The position numbers were made by a program, and so were the translations under genes. This document shows positions 57,744-64,000 of a DNA stretch of 64,000 bases, one piece after another; within the stretch, counting starts at the first letter, position 1, and every line of letters starts with the position of its first letter. This DNA comes from an uncultured Verrucomicrobiae bacterium (GTDB taxonomy: Bacteria; Verrucomicrobiota; Verrucomicrobiia; Chthoniobacterales; Chthoniobacteraceae), in NCBI GenBank assembly GCA_963769025.1, contig CAVYKI010000004.1:32001-96000 (forward strand), read 5' to 3'. The notes under the pieces are model-generated. The model was not told where the DNA came from. It made no database searches and worked only from the letters and a program-made list of their open reading frames with translations.

Positions 57744-58913
57744 ATGCGGGTTCTCCTGACCAACAATACGCTGGGTGCGCGTGCCGGGTCCGAGATGTAC
57801 GTGGTGGATGTCGCCCGGGAATTGAAGCGGCTCGGGCACGAACCGGTGGCCTACAGCCCGAGTCTGGGCGCGGTTGCGGAGGTGCTCCGCGAGGCCGGCA
57901 TCCCGGTGGTGGGAAATCTCGCGGAACTGCCATTCCGGCCGGATGTGATTCACGGGCATCACCACCTCGAGACGATGACGGCGCTGGCGTCGCTGCCCGG
58001 CGTGCCGGCGGTTTACTTTTGCCATGGCGCGAAGCCACTCGAGGAAATGCCGCCGGTCTTTCCGCGGATCCTGCGCTACGTCGCGGTGGACCTGGCGTGC
58101 CGGGAGCGCGTGGCCCGCGAGACGGGAACGCCGGAGGAGGCGATCCGGATGGTCCTGAATTTTGCGGACACCGGCCTGTTCAAGCCCCGGCAGCCGCTGC
58201 CCGAGCGCCCGGCGCGCGCGCTTGTCTTCAGCAACTACGCGACGGAGGCGAACTACCTGGCGCCGGTGCGCGCCGCGTGCGCGCAATGCGGCATCGAAAT
58301 CGACGTGAGGGGCCAGGGCGTAGGGAACCAGACCGACGAGCCGCAGAAACTGCTCCCGCAATACGATCTCGTTTTTGCAAAGGCGCGTGCGGCGATCGAG
58401 GCGATGGCGGTGGGGTGCGCAGTGGTGTTGTGCGACGGGACGGGGCTCGGGCCGATGGTCTCCACTGCAAACTTCGCGGAACTGCGGCCGGACAACTTCG
58501 GTTTCCGCACGCTGCGCGATCAGCCGACGGTTGAAAACGTGATGGCGGCGATCCGCGCTTACGACGCGCGGGATGCGGAAGCGGTCGGCGAACTCGTGCG
58601 CGCTCAGGCAGACATGAGGAATGCCGTCGGCGAAATCGTGCGGATTTACGAGGAAGTCGTCGCGAAGAACGCCGGACGTCCGACCGATGAAGTTGCGGAA
58701 TTGCGGGCGGCTGGGGCGTATTTGCAGACGCTCGATACGGTCATCAAACACGTGCCCTTCAAGACGCCGATCATCGTGCCTGCCGAGATGATTCCGGATG
58801 CCGTCGCTCTCCCGCCGGTCGTGAAAAAGTCGTGGCTGGAACGACTGCTGGGCAAGCCGAGAAAGCGGCCACGCACGGTGGCCGGTGCCGCCGGGCGGGA
58901 TGATCGCGGGTGA
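57744..58913 (+). CDS. GT4-like glycosyltransferase
   Basis: MRVLLTNNTL...GSEMYVVDVARELKRLGHE, PDVIHGHH, IEAMAVGCAVV. Confidence 0.85.
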   Translation: MRVLLTNNTLGARAGSEMYVVDVARELKRLGHEPVAYSPSLGAVAEVLREAGIPVVGNLAELPFRPDVIHGHHHLETMTALASLPGVPAVYFCHGAKPLEEMPPVFPRILRYVAVDLACRERVARETGTPEEAIRMVLNFADTGLFKPRQPLPERPARALVFSNYATEANYLAPVRAACAQCGIEIDVRGQGVGNQTDEPQKLLPQYDLVFAKARAAIEAMAVGCAVVLCDGTGLGPMVSTANFAELRPDNFGFRTLRDQPTVENVMAAIRAYDARDAEAVGELVRAQADMRNAVGEIVRIYEEVVAKNAGRPTDEVAELRAAGAYLQTLDTVIKHVPFKTPIIVPAEMIPDAVALPPVVKKSWLERLLGKPRKRPRTVAGAAGRDDRG

Positions 58914-59000
58914 ACGCTTTCCGGCAAGCCCGGCTCGCTCCGCGGAGGGGCGGCCTGTGATCGCCGGGGCTTGCAGCAAGCGCGGTTGCGCGGCTTCATC

Positions 59001-60365
59001 ATGCGCATGCGCTCCACGTTGCTTCCCGCCGTGTTCGTCCTGTGTTTCCAAGCGATCGTCTCCGCGGCCGATGTCGGAGACTACGGTGCCATCGGCGATG
59101 GCGTGGCGGATGACACCCATGCGATCCAGGCGGCGGTGGACGCGGGGGAGGGGAGCGTCCGTTTCGACAAGGGCATCTACCGGCTGACAAAGACGATCAC
59201 CGTGAAGCTCGACGACCTTGGCCCCACTTCGCTCGTCGGCGATGGCACCGCGCGAATCGTGATGGCCGGGGCGGGTCCGGCATTTCACATCATCGGCACG
59301 CATGGCGGCACCGCGGACCCGGCTTCGGTGAAGCCCGAGGTCTTCGAGCGGCAGACGATGCCGATCGTGGACGGGTTGCAAATCGTGGGCGCGCACGCCG
59401 AGGCGGATGGCATCGAGGCCACGGGCACGATGCAGCTCACGATCACGCGCGTGAACATCCGCGACTGCCGCCATGGCATCCGCCTCACGCAGCGCAACCG
59501 CAACGTCATCATCTCAAACAGCCACGTGTACAAAAACCGCAGGATCGGAATTTTCTACGACGCGGTGAACCTGCACCAGTCGAACGTCACCGGCTGCCAC
59601 ATCAGCTACAACGCGGGCGGCGGCATCGTCTCGCGCGGCGGCGAGGTGCGGAACGTTCACATCACCGGCTGCGACATCGAGTCGAACATGTCGGCCGACG
59701 GGCCGCCTTCGGCGAACGTCACCCTCGACAGCCGCGGCGGATCAATCGCGGAGGTCGCCATCACCGGTTGCACGCTCCAGCACACGGGCAAGGCGCCGGG
59801 TAGCGCGAACGTCCACATCATCGGCCCCGGCGACGACAAGCGCGTCACCTCCGAGTCCGGCGAAGGCAAGACGCGCGAGGGAAACATCAGCATTTCGAGC
59901 AATGTCTTCAGCGACGTGCGCATCAACGTCCACATCCAGCACGCGCGCGGAGTCGCGATTCTCGGCAACACCTTTTGGGAAGGCTTCGACCACGATCTGC
60001 TCGTGGAGAGCAGCAGCGATATCGCCGTGACCGGCAATGTATTCGATCGCAACCCGCGCTATGCGCTGTGGCAGAAGGAGGCGCCGAAGCAGGGGATTCT
60101 CTTCCGTGACAGCGCGGACTGCACGCTCAGCGGCGTGCATATCAACGGCGTGCGCGGGCATCCTGCCGCGCTCCATTTGAAGGACTGCAGCCGCTTCCTC
60201 ATCACGGGCTGCAGCATCCTCGACAGCGACGGCGCCGGCATCCTCCTCGATAATGTCCGCCGGTCGCGCATCGGCGCGTGCCTGATCGACGACGCGAGGC
60301 GCAAGGGTGAATACCGCGGGATCCACGAACGCGGCGGCGGAGGCAACGTCGTGGACGTTCGCTGA
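59001..60365 (+). CDS. Exported right-handed parallel beta-helix protein (pectin-lyase fold)
   Basis: Signal peptide; DYGAIGDGVADDTHAIQAAVD; repeated V/I-TGC/N-x-I/F strands. Confidence 0.85.
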   Translation: MRMRSTLLPAVFVLCFQAIVSAADVGDYGAIGDGVADDTHAIQAAVDAGEGSVRFDKGIYRLTKTITVKLDDLGPTSLVGDGTARIVMAGAGPAFHIIGTHGGTADPASVKPEVFERQTMPIVDGLQIVGAHAEADGIEATGTMQLTITRVNIRDCRHGIRLTQRNRNVIISNSHVYKNRRIGIFYDAVNLHQSNVTGCHISYNAGGGIVSRGGEVRNVHITGCDIESNMSADGPPSANVTLDSRGGSIAEVAITGCTLQHTGKAPGSANVHIIGPGDDKRVTSESGEGKTREGNISISSNVFSDVRINVHIQHARGVAILGNTFWEGFDHDLLVESSSDIAVTGNVFDRNPRYALWQKEAPKQGILFRDSADCTLSGVHINGVRGHPAALHLKDCSRFLITGCSILDSDGAGILLDNVRRSRIGACLIDDARRKGEYRGIHERGGGGNVVDVR

Positions 60366-60371
60366 GCCCCG

Positions 60372-61298
60372 CTACTTCTTCGGCTCGAGTTTTCCGAGCA
60401 GGTAGAGCTTCGCGAAATCCACGATGCCGTCGGCCACCTTTTCGGCGACGGCGTTGATCGAGTCCTTCATTCGGAAATCCATCCCGAACTCGAACTGCAC
60501 GGCGCCGATGCCGGCGTGTTTGCCGTAGGTCTGCACGATGTGCCCGCCCGTGAAGCCGGCGGCCTCAGCGCTCGTGTCGGTGGGCTTCATGCTGATGCCG
60601 CGCGCGTTCAGCAGGCCGGCGAGGCTCTGCGGACCGGCATGCACTTTCGCGCCGAACAGCTTTGCGAGCATCGCGTCGGTGCCCCCGTTCTGCGTGCCGC
60701 GAAATACGGTGTCGCGCGCGGAAGCCTGGCCGTGGACATCGATCAGCAAGCCGCGGCCGAAGTGCGTGTGCACGTCGTCGCAGAATTTCGCGAGCGTGCC
60801 GCGGTAAAGGTCGTACACCTCGCGTGCCCTCGGGTGCTCGACGGCGATTTCCGGCGGGCGGTTCGCGTCGATGTATTTTCGGTGAAACCGGGCGATGACG
60901 AAATGCGGCTTCTTTCCCAGGCGCGATTCGAGCGCGCGTGCGATGGCCGCGGTGAGCAGTTCGGTGTTTTCGTCACGCCCGGTGAAGAACCCTGCGCCTC
61001 CTTTTTTCATCCCTTCGCCGACGCGCACCGGCACGCCGGGAATCGGCAGCAACCCGCCATGCGGCGCGGACAGGATGATCGGCAGGTCGCCGTGCTGGAC
61101 GGAGATGAAATCGGCTGCGGCGAATTCCGTCCCGTCTGCCGCAATCGCGGCGATGCGAAGCAGCGGCGCGGCGATCAGCGCGGCGATGGAACGTCGAAAT
61201 AATGCGCGCCTGGAGAGGGGCCGGGGGAGTGCGCAGGCAGGACGGGAATTGCTCACGGTGGTGTCGTGTACCGGCAATGCGCCGGGGCGTGAAGCCAT
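60372..61298 (-). CDS. N-formylglutamate amidohydrolase-family protein with probable Tat signal; start uncertain
   Basis: SRRALF plus hydrophobic stretch; ILSAPHGG, RDENT, HRKYIDANR, LIDVHG, AVQFE. Confidence 0.75.
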   Translation of the reverse strand: MASRPGALPVHDTTVSNSRPACALPRPLSRRALFRRSIAALIAAPLLRIAAIAADGTEFAAADFISVQHGDLPIILSAPHGGLLPIPGVPVRVGEGMKKGGAGFFTGRDENTELLTAAIARALESRLGKKPHFVIARFHRKYIDANRPPEIAVEHPRAREVYDLYRGTLAKFCDDVHTHFGRGLLIDVHGQASARDTVFRGTQNGGTDAMLAKLFGAKVHAGPQSLAGLLNARGISMKPTDTSAEAAGFTGGHIVQTYGKHAGIGAVQFEFGMDFRMKDSINAVAEKVADGIVDFAKLYLLGKLEPKK

Positions 61299-61313
61299 TC
61301 TTCGCGGCCTCGA

Positions 61314-62021
61314 CTACGCCGCCTTGCCGGGCGGGAGCGTGAGGTAAAGCGCGGCGGCGCCGGCTCGGCCCGAAAGGGTTGAGTCGAGCACCGGGATCGG
61401 TTCAAAGCCGGCGGCTTTCAGCGCGAGGTAAGTCTCGGCGGCGTCCTTGGCGACCGGCAGTTCCGGGACGGCGAGTTCGAGGGCCTTGCTCGCGGCGCCG
61501 GGGGCGACCGCGTCCGGCCCGTGGACCGTCCAGCCTGCGCCTTCGAAGATTTCCTTGAACCATGCGGCGTGCGCGCCGGCGATGGAATCGCCCGCGGGGA
61601 TTCGAATGGTGATCTCCTTCGTCGTCACAGTGCCCAGATTGTGCGCGAGGGCGCGGGCGCGTTCCGGTGAAAATTCCTGCGCCTGATCCGTCGCGCCGGC
61701 AACCCATTGGAGTTTTTTCCGGTCGATGACAACTTCCGGGCCGGGCGTCGCGGCGGGCGTGCCTGCGAGGGTTGCTTCGATCGCGGCGACCCGCGCTTCG
61801 AGGGCTTCGATGCGGGCGTGATCTTTCGCCGGGTCTGGTGCGGGGGCCGGGCGCTGCTTCTTTGCCGGCTCCGGCTCGGGAAGGTTCTCGATGATCACCA
61901 CCTCGCGGCATTTCGGGCATTGGACCCGACGGCTGCGCGGGGACGGCGGCGTCTTGATCACGGCCCCGCACGATGGGCAGGTCACCTCGCGGTTGTCGGG
62001 CGGAGTGTAAGTCTTGACCAT
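61314..62021 (-). CDS. Hypothetical protein with N-terminal Zn ribbon, Pro linker, short coiled coil and unknown C-terminal domain
   Basis: VTCPSCG...VQCPKC; RIEALEARVAAIEATL. Confidence 0.7.
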   Translation of the reverse strand: MVKTYTPPDNREVTCPSCGAVIKTPPSPRSRRVQCPKCREVVIIENLPEPEPAKKQRPAPAPDPAKDHARIEALEARVAAIEATLAGTPAATPGPEVVIDRKKLQWVAGATDQAQEFSPERARALAHNLGTVTTKEITIRIPAGDSIAGAHAAWFKEIFEGAGWTVHGPDAVAPGAASKALELAVPELPVAKDAAETYLALKAAGFEPIPVLDSTLSGRAGAAALYLTLPPGKAA

Positions 62022-62027
62022 CGGGCG

Positions 62028-62483
62028 CTAGGAAACCGCCCCGGGATTCGCCATTGTCGCTTCGCTCAGAAATGCAATCTCGTCCTCGCTGAGTTTCAGC
62101 GCCGCCGCGCCGCCAGTTGCGGACGCCTTGCGGACCGGCGGCGTCTCCGCTTCATCGCCCATGTCCGCCCAGCGAAGACCCGCAGACCACCTAGGGACGC
62201 CGATCTTTTCGCTACAGACCGGGCAGACCACCGAACGGCCTTCCCAACGCGCATCCGCTCGGAGCCGGTGGTTGCACGAGCTGCAAAGGAACTTCACTTC
62301 CAGATCGAGGACCTCGGGCGGGAAGACGGGCGGGCAATGCGAGAGCCGGCTTGTGAGACCCACGGGCCCGGGCACCGGTACAGACCGCGAGCAGGACGGG
62401 CATTCGACGATATTTTTCGGCGAATCCGACGGGGCGTGGAGCGCGGTCCCGCAGATGACACAGAAGAAACGGATCGTGGGCAT
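62028..62483 (-). CDS. Hypothetical double Zn-ribbon protein (PVC-type)
   Basis: IRFFCVICG...ECPSCSRSVPVP and VKFLCSSC...VCPVCSEKIGVP. Confidence 0.75.
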   Translation of the reverse strand: MPTIRFFCVICGTALHAPSDSPKNIVECPSCSRSVPVPGPVGLTSRLSHCPPVFPPEVLDLEVKFLCSSCNHRLRADARWEGRSVVCPVCSEKIGVPRWSAGLRWADMGDEAETPPVRKASATGGAAALKLSEDEIAFLSEATMANPGAVS

Positions 62484-62580
62484 TGGGATGAAGCTCGAAT
62501 CTGGGCGCGGGAGAAAACGCCCATCGGGCTTGACTCTGGGAGAGTGTCACGCCATTACTAGCGGTCAAGGTGAAACTATC

Positions 62581-62598
62581 ACCACCACATCTTGTGGT
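62581..62598. promoter_or_regulatory. NrdR-box-like palindrome
   Basis: ACCACCACATCTTGTGGT, 14/18 self-complementary, fits the CnAnATnTnG core; weaker copy 33 bp upstream (62549-62564). Confidence 0.5.
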
Positions 62599-62658
62599 CG
62601 CCACTCGCGAAACCAATCTCGCCACCGCGAGATTTCGGCTGCCTCCACCACCCATCCC

Positions 62659-63690
62659 ATGACCAGTCCCGCGCCCTCTCCCGCCATATCGCACACCACC
62701 ACCCCACCGCGCCTGATTGGGCAGGCGCAGGCCCAATTCATCGAGCAGACTTTCGGTGAATTCCTCGGCGAAGCGCGCCCGGACGATCGTTCCGTGGGCG
62801 CCCGCCGCGCCGAGCTCGTCCGCTGGATTCACCACCGGCTGTTCGAGGATCGCGTCTCCGTCTCCACCGTGCGTTCGGAGTTGCAGAAAGCCCGCAAAAA
62901 CACGCGCATGATCGCGGTGACGAGCGGCAAGGGCGGTGTCGGGAAAACCACCTTCTCCGTGAATCTCGCGGTCGCGTGCGCGCAGCTCGGGCGAAAGGTG
63001 CTCCTCTTCGACGCCGATCTCGGCATGGCGAACGTCCACATTTTCGCCGGCGTAAATCCGACCGCGACGCTGCTCGATGTGGTGGATGGCCGCTCGGCGC
63101 TCGACGATGTGATCACTCCGGGGCCGTGCGGCGTTCACCTGATCTGCGGTGCATCCGGGATCGGCCGCATGGCGGAACTCGGCGCGCCGGTGCTCGAAGC
63201 CCTCGGACGCGAACTGCTCCGCGTCGCCTCGGAATTCGACGTCCTCATCATGGACACGGGCGCGGGCATTTCGACGGCCGTCACGCATTTCCTCGCGCTC
63301 GCGCAGGACACCGTCGTCGTGGCGACGCCGAACCTCGCGTCCACGCTGGACGCGTACGGCGTCATCAAGCTCGCGCACGAGAGCCAGCTCGCGACGCGCA
63401 TCCACGTACTCATCAACCAGGCCGAGAACGAACACCAGGCGGCGCGCGTGATGGACCGGATCGCCGGCTGTGCAAACCGTTTCCTGAATTCCTCGCTCGG
63501 CACGCTCGGATTCCTCGAGCGCGATCCGTCCGTCGAGCAAGCCAACCAGAGCCGGCGCCCGCTCGCGCTGACCGATCCAGGCAGTCCCAGCGCGCTTCGC
63601 ATCGCGGCGATCGCGGCGCGCCTCACCGGTCAGGAAAATCATCCCGGAGCCTCGGCAGACGGGCACGCCGCGGAGCACGCCGCGGCGTGA
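62659..63690 (+). CDS. MinD/ParA-family ATPase, FlhG/FleN-like, with N-terminal extension
   Basis: IAVTSGKGGVGKTT, DADLGMANV, GASG, MDTGAGIS, LDAYGVIK. Confidence 0.88.
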   Translation: MTSPAPSPAISHTTTPPRLIGQAQAQFIEQTFGEFLGEARPDDRSVGARRAELVRWIHHRLFEDRVSVSTVRSELQKARKNTRMIAVTSGKGGVGKTTFSVNLAVACAQLGRKVLLFDADLGMANVHIFAGVNPTATLLDVVDGRSALDDVITPGPCGVHLICGASGIGRMAELGAPVLEALGRELLRVASEFDVLIMDTGAGISTAVTHFLALAQDTVVVATPNLASTLDAYGVIKLAHESQLATRIHVLINQAENEHQAARVMDRIAGCANRFLNSSLGTLGFLERDPSVEQANQSRRPLALTDPGSPSALRIAAIAARLTGQENHPGASADGHAAEHAAA

Positions 63691-63727
63691 CGCACCACTC
63701 GCTTTTCAACCCGCCATCCACAACGCC

Positions 63728-64000
63728 ATGACGCCACAATCCCAGCCACACGACCATTCGCCAGCACAGCCATTCCAATTGCCATCCTCCGGCGGTGATC
63801 CGCTGATGGACCTCATCGGTGCCTCGCCAGCATCCGCGGAGGGTCCGGACATCGTCCAATTCGCACCGGCGGGAAATTTCGTGAGCCAGTTCGGGCTGAA
63901 GGAAAACCCCTTCGCCGACTGCGTGCATCCGGCATTTTTCTTCCGCACCGACAGCCACGCGGAGGCCTACCGCAGCATGATGCTCGCCGTGGATTTCCGC
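63728..64000 (+). CDS. ExeA/GspA-like AAA ATPase, N-terminal part (runs off the window)
   Basis: Open frame from ATG 63728 to the end; FVSQFGLKENPFADCVHPAFFFRTDSHAEAY matches the ExeA N-terminal FGLxxxPF...HxEA pattern. Confidence 0.7.
   Translation, partial: MTPQSQPHDHSPAQPFQLPSSGGDPLMDLIGASPASAEGPDIVQFAPAGNFVSQFGLKENPFADCVHPAFFFRTDSHAEAYRSMMLAVDFR

Noticed and set aside
62659..63690. Assigning the gene symbol flhG or minD
   Set aside because: No flhF, flagellar, minC or minE genes adjacent and no membrane-targeting helix; orthology is unproven

Overview
High-GC bacterial chromosomal segment. PVC-type heme-CxxCH dehydrogenase, PVC-style Zn-ribbon proteins, DUF5722 and a Verrucomicrobia-style secreted-protein C-terminus suggest Verrucomicrobiota (inference). 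It holds about 50 CDSs, one tRNA-Arg(CCG), a c-di-AMP (ydaO) riboswitch ahead of a KimA/KUP-type K+ transporter, a REP-like inverted-repeat doublet and an NrdR-box-like palindrome. No integrase, transposase, prophage or CRISPR array was seen. Many conserved genes (ald, U32, recG, alpha-2-macroglobulin, tdh, kbl, 2-oxoacid dehydrogenase, sialidase, Gfo/Idh/MocA) are split by small indels that look like long-read or consensus errors, so they are reported as whole CDSs. Top leads: (1) an exported DPP-IV/S9 peptidase with an inserted von Hippel-Lindau beta domain whose hydroxyproline-pocket residues appear conserved, encoded just upstream of a 4-hydroxyproline epimerase and a D-amino-acid dehydrogenase, a candidate hydroxyproline-peptide scavenging system; (2) a non-flagellar FlhG/FleN-like ATPase plus an ExeA-like AAA protein, divergent from two Zn-ribbon genes (one ending in an EIDAL-like motif), with an NrdR-like box between them; (3) a TonB/ExbBD locus with a duplicated free periplasmic TonB C-terminal domain; (4) the c-di-AMP riboswitch-K+ transporter cassette separating tdh from kbl. 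All family assignments come from motif recognition by eye; no searches were run.
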